In this document: one piece after another, positions 13,649 to 25,139 of the stretch
How positions within the stretch are numbered: position 1 is the first letter of the stretch
Layout: every line of letters starts with the position of its first letter
NCBI GenBank assembly: GCA_964187785.1
Contig: OZ076409.1
Location: 6,450,001-6,514,000, forward strand
Length of the DNA: 64,000 nt
Direction: 5' to 3'
Source: Amphiscolops sp. MND2022
Taxonomy: Eukaryota
Made by a program: the position numbers and the translations under genes
The notes under the pieces: model-generated
What the model saw: only the letters and a program-made list of their open reading frames with translations
What the model was told of the DNA's origin: nothing
Databases searched by the model: none

Positions 13649-14803
13649 TTTTGAAGCTCTGAGAGGTATATCGTCGTTTTCTGATTCTGGATTTTTGTTA
13701 TTAGATGCGCGGATTCCTATAGACCTCTCATTTTTGGATCCCGAAGGCCTTTTTCAATGTCACTTCTCTTCTGTTTATTCTTTTCCCATCTTTGCTCAAC
13801 AGAAAATAGGTTCTGGTTTTTTGGGAAAGAATTTGAATTTTCTAGCAAATTCAAAGAAATCAAATTAGAGAGTATGAAATTGACGGTACGAAGGATTTGC
13901 AGTTATGAGAAGAATTCAATTCGTGAAACGACTGCGCTTGATGAAAGTAATTTTTGTTATGATCCGGGTTTTTAAATTACAGCAAAAAAGCTCCAAAAAT
14001 GATATCATGACACTCCGTTTTCCTGAAGTCTTTCCTCAGAAAATTTAAAAATAGAATTACGTCAAATAACGTCATACTATATATATGCTAAATTTAACTG
14101 CATGATACCCAAACACGAATGGAAAAGCGAAAGGTAGAACCCTAGAAATAGCAATGAATCTCATATGAAATGTATTTCAAAAGTTATCCAATAGCAGAGA
14201 ATCACGTAGTTACTTCATGTAGCTAATCCAGGTAAAAACGCATAATGACGAAGATACGTCACTGCTCGAACCGCAGGATGCCGCATACTATTCGTCTGTA
14301 ATCCGCATACTGCCGCATACTCGTCTTTACTAGATCCGCATACTGCCGCATACTCTTCATCTGTAATCCGCATACTGCCGCATACTCGTCTTTACTCGAT
14401 CCGCATACTGTCGTATAGTCGTCACACCTCAATCCGCATAGTGACGTATAGTCGTCACACCTCGATCCACATAGTGACGTATAATTTGTTCAAGTTCCAC
14501 ATATTAGCATAAATTTAGTTCTAACAAACTGTGTGAACAAGAATTATGAGTCAGATCAGTATCTAATGATGAATGAAACTTACGCTTCTAATACTTCAAA
14601 TGTATAACAATGTAAAACAGAACTCAGTTTGAAAAAAGAACAACAAATATGAAATTAGATGACTAATATATGATGTTAGGGGGATTAGTTTATAGTCCTT
14701 GTTGAACAAGTAGAGTTGATAATCTGCTAAAAATCGGGTTTGGCAGTTTCTAGTTTCCTTACGAATTGCCCCATGGCTCCAACACAACAGTGGGGCTGTG
14801 ACA
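13543..14803 (-). repeat. 5' LTR of deleted LTR element
   Basis: Direct repeat of 10866-12143; CCGCATACT repeats at ~14275-14482; adjacent PBS. Confidence 0.85.
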
Positions 14804-14895
14804 AACCCAAAGGGTCCTCATTTGTTTTTTTTCGGTATGTGAAATTGAGAACTCATTCAAAAGAGAATCCTTGACGCTTTGAAGTAGTTTTGCTG

Positions 14896-15386
14896 TTTTT
14901 AATCGGCGCTTTTTTAAATAAAAGAGCCCGATTATTACAGTGACTTTTTTGTTTCGTTTTTTTTTGAGACAGACTGGAAGCGACGAAATTTTTGTTCTGT
15001 TTTTCAACTAAACGAATACCTGGGAAACGCATCCAAGTTATCGCAAAGGGTCCCCCTTTCAATTTTTACTTTTTAAACGTAATATACAAAACCAGATGAC
15101 ACTAAAGGTCCCCCCGTTCAATTTTTTTTCAGCGCTGTGACATTTTTCTCGAATTTTTTTTGTCTCCAAAGGGTCCCCCTTCCATTTTATTGAAGTCACC
15201 CCTCGTGATATCCAAAGTGAAGCGCTATACCCGAAATTTTGACGTTATATAGAATTATATTGCGTTTTATTAAGGAGGAGGCTGTCCGAAAACAGGAGTT
15301 TTTCATGAAAACGGCCTACGCATATTTCAAATCTGCGCTTTTTGAGCTTTTGATATAGCGCCAGCTTTAGACGTTCCCGTCTTGTT
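14896..15386 (+). mobile_element. HINE/DINE-like repeat
   Basis: 5' hairpin AATCGGCGCTTTTTT-AAA-TAAAAGAGCCCGATT; 3' GATATAGCGCCAGCTTTAGACGTTCCCGTCTTGTT; a second 3'-terminus-like motif follows at ~15400-15431. Confidence 0.7.
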
Positions 15387-16603
15387 GAGTCTTAGCGGAG
15401 CGCCCACACTTTTGCCGTTCCCGGCTCCGTTTCCAAATGCCTGCCTATTAGCACAATATACAAAAAAAAGATATTGCAGTGCTAATGTGCCTCTTGTATC
15501 AACTTTAGATTTTTGATTTTTTGGATTGACTTCACGTTATGCGCAGCATTTTGGTTTCATTTTCGGTCTTATTAATGCCTCAATCAATCCAATGAATGGT
15601 TTTTGAACAATTTTTAACCAACAGCTTTAATCTTGAAAGCTGTTGTTATTTTTTGCCAACTGAAATCAAGTTAAGTTTCAACATAGGTAAGTAATTTCTG
15701 TTCTTGCTTCATGGGAAATGGTTGAATGAAAAACAAAGAAAGCTTGGTAAAATTAATCTAATTCACGCATTAAATCAGCCAGTCGCTCATATTTGCTCAA
15801 TCAATATGCCATTCCAAATTCAAATGGAACGAAGCCACATCAATTCAAGGACCCAAATTATTTCACGCCTAGATCAGAGGTCGATTGAATTGAATTGTTT
15901 TCTGCCCCTTTCTCTCAAAGTATCGAACTTGCAAAGTTCATGGCATTTTGCCAGGATGTTTATGTAGGTTTTCAATAATTCCATTACTTTGCATGGAAAG
16001 TTTGTGGGCTTTTTTCTGTTTCCCCCACAACCGAATTTTTTTTGGAAAATTAATTAAAATCTGATGACAAAAAGACTTGAATACAAACCAGAAAGCTTCA
16101 ATTTTAAATCTATTTTCAGGGTGACAGTTTATAATTGAGATACAAACTTTGTTCACAGTTTTTCCTTAAGTAGTTACGCATTTTTGATGAAGAAATCTAC
16201 AGCTTCCTGTTTTGAGTCATCAATAGATAGTTAATACGAAGATAATCATGAACAATGTTTTGTTCATACAAAAAATTGTTGTATTATTAGACGTTAACTT
16301 CCTGTTATGAAAGAAAGTTTTACTTTTAATTAGGCTAGTCTAAAGTTTTTAAGGAAAGTTATTTTCAAAAATTTTGGTGGTGGGGCGAAAACAGAAAAGA
16401 ACCAGTTTGTGAATAAAAAATGTACAATGCTTTTTTACCATTCCGGTAAGATCAATCAATTATATACTTCTCGACACATACCACAATAACATTTTTCGCA
16501 CTTTCATAAATTCAACCTTTAAGCGAAGTTGATAGTAATAATTGAAATCATACGAAGTTGTCTTACAGACAACGAAAACTACCAAAATGAACACAATTTT
16601 CAA

Positions 16604-16609
16604 TTTATT
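16604..16609 (-). promoter_or_regulatory. Candidate poly(A) signal for LRRC58
   Basis: AATAAA on the minus strand ~360 nt after the stop codon. Confidence 0.35.
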
Positions 16610-16764
16610 AAACGAAAGTTTCTTAAACATTCTCAAATGTGGAATTCATCAAGATGGCATTGAACTGACAGTGTCTTGGTTCGTGTGAGTTTAATATACT
16701 GTAATACCAACATTCAGCATGTCAAGAAGAATCTTGAAAATGACATTAGTGAAAATAATTTAAT

Positions 16765-16972
16765 CGAATGACGTCATTAGGTTGTATGACGTCACAAAAT
16801 GACGTGACGTCATCGAAGTGTATGACGTCATTAGATTGTATGACGTCATCAAATGACATGACGTCATCGAATTGTATGACGTCACTGATGACATGACGTT
16901 ATCGAAATGTACGACGTCATTAGATTGTATGACGTCACTAAATGACATTGTGTTTCGAAGTTTATGACGTCA
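16765..16972. repeat. 18-bp-period minisatellite built on palindromic TGACGTCA
   Basis: Perfect TGACGTCA at 16769, 16787, 16805, 16823, 16841, 16859, 16877, 16930 and 16965; near matches at 16894 and 16912. Confidence 0.9.
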
Positions 16973-17321
16973 TCCCAACAGCACCCGTCGCATTTGCATG
17001 GGTGACACTCCAAGTGATGAGTCACTGTCTGACTCGGTGGAAGATTCCGCTGACTCATAGTCGCAATTGGGTGAGCACAGGTACATAAGAAGGGGCACCC
17101 TAAATCTCCCGCAAAAATCAACAAACTTTACATGTTCTACTCTGGAAGTGAAGTAAACGCCACTACAAGCAGGGTTAACACATCTTTGGGAAGACTTCAA
17201 AAATTCGTTGAGGGTTTGTGGGATTTCGTGCGGCTGAAACTCCATTCTGTTGTTGATGATAAAGCGGGAACAGAGTTCCTTCAAAGAGGGCAAGCTATAG
17301 CACTCAATTGTTCGGATAAAC
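16970..17321 (-). CDS. LRRC58: LRRC58 exon 3 (BC-box-like LPSLKELC and Cys-rich C-terminus)
   Basis: Acceptor TGTACAG|G restores LRGNPLVDR-FIRTIECYSLPSLKELC; CVNPACSGVYF..KFVDFCG.FRVPLLMYLCSPNC...MRRVLLG* matches the characteristic LRRC58 C-terminus. Confidence 0.92.
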
Positions 17322-17914
17322 CTGTACAGAGGTTCCGCTAAAGTAACTGTTAATTAATTGTTTTCAATTAATCGAGATAATGTATTGCATTTTGCAGATT
17401 TTGAATGGAAATGTAAATTAATTGCAAAACTATGGCACTCGATTAAAAGAGTTTCACAATCAACCTAACTTAACAAAATAGTTTATTATCCCAGCGTTCG
17501 ACATCTTGAATATCTTGCCAAGACCTTGCGAAGCTCTTCCAGATCTTGCAAGTTCTAAGAAGATCTTCGAAGAAATCCTAGATAGAATCCTAATAGATTT
17601 GACTGCATGCTTAATTTCAACCAATCAGATTCAAGAATATTTCGTCATTTGCACATTGAAACCGATTTCGATGCCATTTCCTAATGATTTAACATGTAAC
17701 GATTTACATAACATTGTTTTCGCATTATATGAAGGCTGTTCTTGTAGGCCAACGAACGGTTTTGGGATCAAAAATTCATTAACTGAAATTCATTCAACAA
17801 AAAATTGCGAAATTATTGAGATGTGATTTACTCATTTAACGAATTTAAATTAATTGATTTTTTGCTATCAAATGTTTTTTTTCTCCAAAAACTAATTTTT
17901 CGGAACCCCCAAAC

Positions 17915-18473
17915 CTGTCAACCAAAGGGTTTCCTCGCAAACTCAATTCTTCCAGTTTTTCCAAATTTACCAAAGTTTGAGGAAGCACTTTCAACCGGTT
18001 TCCGTGTAACATCAACGATTTAAGGTCGCATAGTTCTGATAAGGATTCTGGGATGGTTAGTAACTGGTTATCACTGACGCTCAGTTTTTGCAGACTTGAC
18101 ATTAAACCTATGGTTTCAGGGATCGTTGTCAAACTGTTGCCCCCAAGATAAAGATCCTTCAAGTTTTTCAAGCAATGGATGTCTCCGGGAATAGTTTTCA
18201 CGTAGTTAGCACCAACATGTAGACGTTTCAGGTTCTCGAGCTTGAGAACCCACGAAGGAAGAAGCGAAAAACGGTTGTTGCTAAGCAACAAGACCTTTAA
18301 TTTGAAGCCGAACTGTGAGTAATCAAAAGATGGACTCAGTTCCAAAGACTTCTCATCTAGTTTGTTGCAACTGAGGTCCAAGAATTTCAAGCGTGGAAGT
18401 AACAAAATTTCAATTGGAATCTGGATAAGTTCGTTGCTGGAAAAATCCAGTCTCTGGAGGTTCAAACAGGCGC
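17915..18473 (-). CDS. LRRC58: LRRC58 exon 2 (leucine-rich repeats)
   Basis: LxxLxLxxNxLxxLP repeats; acceptor TACTAACGTTAG|GC (phase 1) and donor AG|GTTTGG (phase 2) are phase-compatible with the neighbouring exons. Confidence 0.92.
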
Positions 18474-19310
18474 CTAACGTTAGTAAAATTTTTAGCGTTG
18501 GCAACACTTTCTGGTTCAATTAGTGAAAAACAACAAACTTCTTTTTGGTCAATTAGAATTTTTTACAAACATTCATTGAGTAATTTTTTATAATTTGTGG
18601 GGAGATTTCGAAATAGCGAGACCACACTCGTTTCGGTAAAGACTTGATGAAGTCACGATTCTGAAGCTGAAAAATTAAGTTTGAACAGATTCGGAATGAA
18701 ACCAATTTTTCTATATACCAGTGTCTCTTCAAAATTTCTCAGTAGATTGAATTGAGTTTAATTGTGCACTCCAAAACACTACAGAATCCAAACTTATTTT
18801 CCATTTTTTGTATCAAGAGTTTACAAAAGATACTTCGAATGATTGAGTTCCCCAATCCAATCCTTTTCAACAATTTTGGGCCAATGGCTCTTTTCTGAGC
18901 CAAAAATTTACAGAAGAATTTCAAATGGTCGATTTAAAAGTGAAATTTTTTTCCATAACAGGAAGTTAACTTCTATTGGAATAATTTTTCGTTTGAACAA
19001 ACATTTTTTCACACATTTTGACTGTGAATATGTTGAAAATTAACTTGTTTTTTTATGACTCAAAACAGGAAGCTGTTGAGTTTTCAACAATAATGCGTGA
19101 CTTCATACGGAAAAATAGCGTGAACAAAGAGTCCATCTTCTAAATTCCAAACTGTCATCCCGAGAATAAATATAAAAGTAAAGGTTTCTATTTCAGTTCA
19201 GTTCTAAGTCTTTTTATTCGAATATTTTCCCTATTTTTTTCAAAAAAGTTTCTGCTTTACAGAAAAGAACGGAACCAACTAGAAAATTGAGTTGCTAACG
19301 CTATCTATAC

Positions 19311-19530
19311 CTATGATGGGTGGAATTGAAGAAATGTTGTTCTTTGATAAGACAATGATGCTCAGAGAAAGCAAGTTGCTTTCGAAGAAACTTTCCGGGA
19401 CTTCTTGCAAGTCCAGTTTAGACAACATAAGAGCTTGTTCCCACTTCCGTTCCGACACATCTTCCTCATCGTCCAAAATTTGGTTGAACAGCGAATCACA
19501 ATCGTCGCTTGAGGAGTCGAACGAGATCAT
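19311..19530 (-). CDS. LRRC58: LRRC58 exon 1
   Basis: ATG at 19530 (MISFDSSSDD..), first LRRs (LSKNNISSIPPIIG), donor G|GTATAG phase 1; the joined CDS is 1131 nt = 376 aa. Confidence 0.8.
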
Positions 19531-19581
19531 TTTCAATGACGTCACCACACGACTGCTAATTCGGTTGACAAATTTATTCAA

Positions 19582-20085
19582 TTTTTAGTCGGCGCTTTTT
19601 TTTGAAAAAAAAAGACTATAGTCATGGCTTTTCGTCAGTGTCTTTTTATCTATTCTTTTTTTTTCGAAACACCTGAATTGAATAAAATAGTTCTACCAAA
19701 GTTCTACAAAGTTTTGAGAAGACGCCAAGTTGTACCTGTTGGCCTAAGGAACTGAACCAAAAATAGTTTCCCACGTAACATACAATATACAATACCGGAT
19801 GAGACCAAAGGGTCCCTTTAAATTTTTTTCGGCACTGTGCGACTTTTTTTCCAATTTTTTTCCCACCAAAGGGTCCCCCTTCAATTGTTTTTGCAGTTTT
19901 GCAACAGAATGGATGTTGAAAAATCCCAAATGGTCCTCCCTTTCAGTTTTTTTCGGCATTGTGAGACTTTTTATAAAAATTTTTCATAAAAGTTTTCAAA
20001 TTCACCAATACTTTGACATTTTGAAGTTCTTTTGCTATTTTTGAGCCTTAGATATGGCGCCGACTTGGGCCGGTCCCGGCTTGTT
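19582..20085 (+). mobile_element. HINE/DINE-like repeat immediately upstream of LRRC58
   Basis: 5' TTTTTAGTCGGCGC..GACTA hairpin; 3' GGCGCCGACTTGGGCCGGTCCCGGCTTGTT. Confidence 0.75.
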
Positions 20086-21435
20086 TATCGTTGATTTGTG
20101 AAAAGAAAAAAATGATCAAAAATGGACACTAAAAATCATAGCTTTGTTTTTCTGCCCAAATTTCCCTTTTTCAGTTCCTTTAATTATATTTTTTGCATAC
20201 ACGAGTTCAAAAAACTTTTTATTAAAGCTAATAATCGCGGCATGAGTAAAAATGTTTAAAACAATAGCTGTCGTATAATAGCTTGTTTCTCCAAGTAGTT
20301 TCTGAACTTTTTTTCTCAATCTCGAAAAAATGAATGCTTATGCATCAGAAATGTCAATTGTTGCATTTTAAACGTCTTTTTGTCTGCACATACAGTATTT
20401 TCAGAATTTTTGAACCTTTTCGAGATGAATTATTTCTTTTACACGGCAAATTCCGAAGCCGTTTTTGGCTCATTTTGCCATTTTGGGTTCCATATCGTCA
20501 AAGATTAACAACTTTTAATGGAAAGGTAGACGAAGTTGAAGAATAGAAACAAAAAAATATTTTATAGTCACAACTAACTTATTTTAACTTAGGGATTTCA
20601 AAATGCATTAGGTAAAGTTGAAACTCTTTTGCTAGTTTGAAGATTTGTCAACCTGCTTTAATTACCAACAACTCAGCACGTTCAGTAAGACTCCTGTTTT
20701 AGGAGCGGCGACGTTAGTAAATCTTGCTTCGACAAAATACAAGAGAGACTCGAAGTGATTCCAAGATATTTGCAAACCAAACACAAGTCCTTCATTGAAT
20801 GGAAATAACCAATCTTCAGTTGAACTCTAGCGCATTTGTTGACCGCCAAACAGCGAGAACAATCTTTATCGGTAGAACCAACATCACTTTAACACTGATA
20901 CACTCTCTGCCTTATGTAATAGAGAAACCCAAACGTACCATCTATGATTATTATTTCATCAGCTTCAGAATCGTTTTGACCATGTAGTTTCTAGAGCTAA
21001 CTGAGCTCTTACTGATTCTCAAAGTTCTCGTTGAACTCAAACTGATTCTTTATTCGTCGGAGCATTTTGTGAGAAAATTATCACCCGACTATCATTGAAT
21101 TGACTAGTTTTTTTTATTTTCGCGTTTTTTCTCCTCAGATCTCAGAATGATCTGAATGGCCCACTTTTTAACTTTTCCAGACTTCTTGCCAAAGACCTAA
21201 AGGGTACTTAAAGACCGTGCACATCGGTCTACTCAGCACTCGTCGTCAAGAAATCGGCTTAGGGTCAAGAAAGAAAAACTAAAAACCAGAGCCGCATATG
21301 CGGTGAAGAAGTCGGCTTAGGTCTTTTTCCTTCTGACTCGCTTCAATCCCAGTCATACGAATTTATTGAAATTGCACACATAGGACCATACTATGGTGTA
21401 GAAAATGACTGTAGAAATTTTCCACCTGTAGAAAA

Positions 21436-22143
21436 TAACGTCCACCTGTCAATACCAAATTTTCGTTGAAAAATTCGTTCAAGAACCAAAAAAGGTGCGA
21501 ATCAAAATGGCCGACCTGGCAGGTCCTTAAAGCCCATAAAAAAAAGAGAGAGAGAACGCGTGAACGAGAAGAAGGACAGAAGAAGAAAAAGAAGTAGACG
21601 ACTGACGATATGAAGATCCATGGGATAGAATTCAAAGAACGCTACCCGGTGCTGTGTCCTCCCTGGGAAAGCAGAGCCATTCCAGAACAACATAATTGGA
21701 TCCCCGAGAACCCACAAACAGTAACTCTATTTCCACTCGGGGCTTATCCCCTTTATTTTGTTAATTTATGTTAATGTATTTTGCTATTTTTCCCGTGCCT
21801 GACCTTCTAGGTCGGCATTTCGTGCCCATAACTGTTGAAATGACAATTTTCGGATAAACACTTTTTTGGACCTCGGAAGTATGTGGGGGATAGCAGGAAC
21901 GCGCTAAAACCTTAGGATACGTTTTTACAGGCTTGTGGGGCGTGTCCGGACTTTGAGAGTGCCGGCGCGTTGCCTCGGAGCTCTAATTAGAGGAGTCTCC
22001 TTAGACGTTAGAAAAGTCCCCCATGGAGACCATTTTGGGATGAAAAACTAGTGTCTAGGTATGTAGTAAGACAACGGTCTCCTGTTTAAGCATCCTAGGC
22101 ATTGTCCCTCTTCCTAGATGTGCGTCGCTAGCCGGACGTTACA
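21436..22143 (+). repeat. 5' LTR (lacks terminal TG)
   Basis: Matches 39821-40529 apart from poly-A run length; starts TAACGTCC. Confidence 0.95.
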
Positions 22144-22159
22144 TCTGGAATAGTTTTTA

Positions 22160-22176
22160 TGGCGACCACAGAGGGA
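22160..22176 (+). promoter_or_regulatory. Putative primer-binding site (tRNA-Arg-like)
   Basis: TGGCGACCACAGAGGGA resembles the complement of a tRNA-Arg(TCG) 3' end (TGGCGACCACGAAGGGAC); lies 16 nt from the LTR end. Confidence 0.55.
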
Positions 22177-25139
22177 TATTTTTCCTTACCGCGTCCTGCG
22201 AGGAGCAACTCCTGCTTTCCGGCCCTGAAAGGTCCGGATCTAGGAGAAGCTTTTGGAAGAGTCCTAGATTGTTTTTATTGCTTTATTCTAGCCCTTTGGG
22301 CCTCGTATTAGTGTTTTTCCTGCGTTTCCTGCATGTTTCCGAGGTCCCCAGCCCGAAAAAGACAGTTTGAAACAGTGTACCCCCTTGTACCTTATCTGTA
22401 CTCATTAAAAAAGCTATTCCGGCTTATCCGGAACGTGTTTCAACGGGTTTTCCAGCTTCTTTTCAGCTAATTAGCAATGTACAGGGACTGTGAGGACGGT
22501 TGGTGAAGACCCGAACTAGCTGAGTGGAGGGCTGCAGGTGCTTCACGTCATAGCCTCTTCCTCCCCACTTGATGCCAATTCACCGAAGATAGCTGGGTTA
22601 TTTCGTTCCCCTTACGTTTTCTAGCCCCAAATCAGTGTTCCCAGGCCTATTTTTGCATAAATTAACTGTGAATGATACCCACAGGGTATTTGCATCAGTT
22701 ATTTTAAAGACTTGAGCTCGAAAACGCCAAAAATAACACTAATAACAGCTCAAATATCGAATTTTCCCGTTTTGAAAGCCAAAATTTCATAAAACTGTTT
22801 ACGGCCAGAGGGAATACCTGAAAAACGTTCTATCGGAGCTACCAGGTCGAGAACAAATAATTTTGTTGGGCTGTTTTTCTAGAAAACCTGAAAATTTCAG
22901 CAATTTTTGTTCAAAAATAGGCAAAATTGGCCATTTTGACCAATTTTGACGAGGGCGAAGCCTTGGGCGTTTGTTCCCAAGCCTCTTGAAAGGCCCAAAA
23001 TTTTTGTTGTTGTGCTTGGTAGTACGCAATACTACTGCCAAGACGGTTTTTGAACACCCCCAATATAAATTGAAGTCTTAACACCACTTTTCTTTCATTA
23101 AAATAGACCTGAGTAGAGGACCCCATAGACCTGAGAGCTATAACATCAAAAATAATAATTGAAAGAACCCCACTCCCCTAAATAAAGCAGTTACACCTTC
23201 CTACTGTACTGTTAAAACCATCTTTAACCTCTGGGAACCGAAGAATAAAAAGTTCCTAGGGAAAATACGTGTTTTTCATAGGTGTTCCCAGAGTGTCCAA
23301 GGTGTAACCTAAAACCAATTTTGAGAGACCCTAGCTGGAACCTGCCAGGTTTCGCTCGCTTATTCTCTATTAGTAGAGAGTACTAGATTACTAACGCTGA
23401 AAACCGCGAGTGATTCCAACCAGTGGTTACCGAGAAATAGCCAAAAACGTGTTATTTTTGTGACATTTTCGGAACACTAGAGTAGTGCTTCCAGCACAGG
23501 TCGAAATCTCTCCTAGCAGGAGTAGCCCAAAACGGATTGCACCATCGTGTAGACCATAAAAAGTTACGTTAGTGGTGTAATTTTCATAGCGCTACCATTA
23601 CTAGTGATTGAGAAATCTTAGCCGCAGTTTTGCTCAAAAATGATCCGAAAATGTCGAAAAAATTGAATTTTAGTTGAGCATAGTGCTACACCTTGCAGGT
23701 ATCCCAGCACTAAAATTCTTGCATTTTCGTATTTACGGCGCTAGATCCCGACGATTTGTGCATTTTGAGCAGCTTGCTACTGTCCAACTTGGAGAAATTG
23801 ACAATTTTGTGAGTTTTAGCCCCTGAAAGTGACATACAGGGTACATCATAGTTTTGTCGACTCGGATTGCGAAATATTGACCTGGGCACCCTGCTAACTT
23901 ATTTTTCTGTTACGTGGGCGTAATTCACGCTCGCATACGAAATTTCAGATAGCTAGGACGCCTAGAAGGCGAGTTTGACCACTTTTTGCGAAATTCGCGA
24001 CATAGCCAATTTCTCAGTGAACATTGTTAAGTGGCCGCGACACACGCAGAATCAATTTTGACGCAATCGGAAGCTCATTCCCCACGATTCAGCTAGTGTA
24101 CTAGACGGTGTGAAATTTTCAGGTCGCTAGCACCACTAGAAGTGATTTTCACCTTCCCCGGAGATGCTACTTGATGAGAAAAACGAGATTTTGAGAAAAA
24201 ATTAATAGAAAACCCGAGCATTCCCAATCCCGACACACCCCATTCAGGGCTGGAGTCATCTGTTTAACGCATTGAGCAAGTCCCACACGCCTTACCGAAC
24301 CTATAAAATCCATATAAAGTTAGCCCCAAAATCAACGATCTTCCACTAAACCCTCCACGAGATCAAAAGAAGGTAAACTCCAAAATTCGAAATTCGTTTC
24401 TTCCCCGCCGCTAAGGTCGCCTAGGTGCAATCTACTCGCCATAACCACCTCAAACCTACGCCTCGCATACCCTGAGGGTACAAGAGTGCGCCTGAGAATA
24501 TCAAAACAATCACAAACCAGGTTTACGAAACGCGCAGAGAAACTAGAACAAGCACAGGGAAGATCACTCGCATCATTGTAACCCCTTCACCCACGACCCA
24601 TAAAGCCATAAACCAGGTCATCACTCGATACTCAACCCACACGTTCCCAATCAAATCCCAGATCATTTCCAGTCCATTGTCCACCCATTGTCCCCGAATC
24701 AGCCCACCCATTGTTCTCAGCCTCCTCACAAAAAAAAAAAAAAAAATTAAAAAAAAAAAAATTTTTTTTGAAGAAAGTCGAACCTTCTAGGTGAGGAGAA
24801 AGTAGAGGAAATTTTAGTTAACCAAACCAGCGATAGTGTACTTAGTGCACTCCACGAATGTAGAAAGCAGTACACGCCCATTTAGCAAACCTTTACCCCA
24901 ATACGAGAAAAACGAGTGATAGGGCGCGCTAAACGGCCTAATCAGTCAGCTATTCAGTGCAGCTTAGATAACAGCCTTTTGAGTTATTTAGTAGAAGCAA
25001 ACCCTCCTAGTTCCACCATCTGCCATTTGTCTTGTGGGGGGAAGGAAGTAGAAAAAAGCCAAAAAAAAAATATATATATATATATAAAAAATTTTTGTTA
25101 TCTTTAATTTTGTCAACTAAAATATTACATTTCGTGGCC

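Larger units (their letters stand above)
10866..14803 (-). mobile_element. Internally deleted / non-autonomous LTR retrotransposon (Gypsy-like)
   Basis: ~1.27-kb LTRs 10866-12143 and 13543-14803 (TGTGA...TGTGACA); PBS TGGTGACAGGAGCC directly after the 5' LTR (13542-13525); flanks AGCCC/AACCC form a 5-bp TSD with one mismatch; 1.4-kb interior has no RT or integrase. Confidence 0.88.

Noticed and set aside
16020..19262. Inverted repeat pair (~16020-16290 and ~18955-19262) as TIRs of a transposon carrying LRRC58 exons 2-3
   Set aside because: The copies are strongly diverged with no defined termini or TSD; more likely independent insertions of a common repeat.
25032..25139. TTG-initiated N-terminal extension of Gag-Pol
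   Set aside because: Runs through poly-A/(TA)n low-complexity sequence; ATG 25140 (GCCATGG) is in strong Kozak context.
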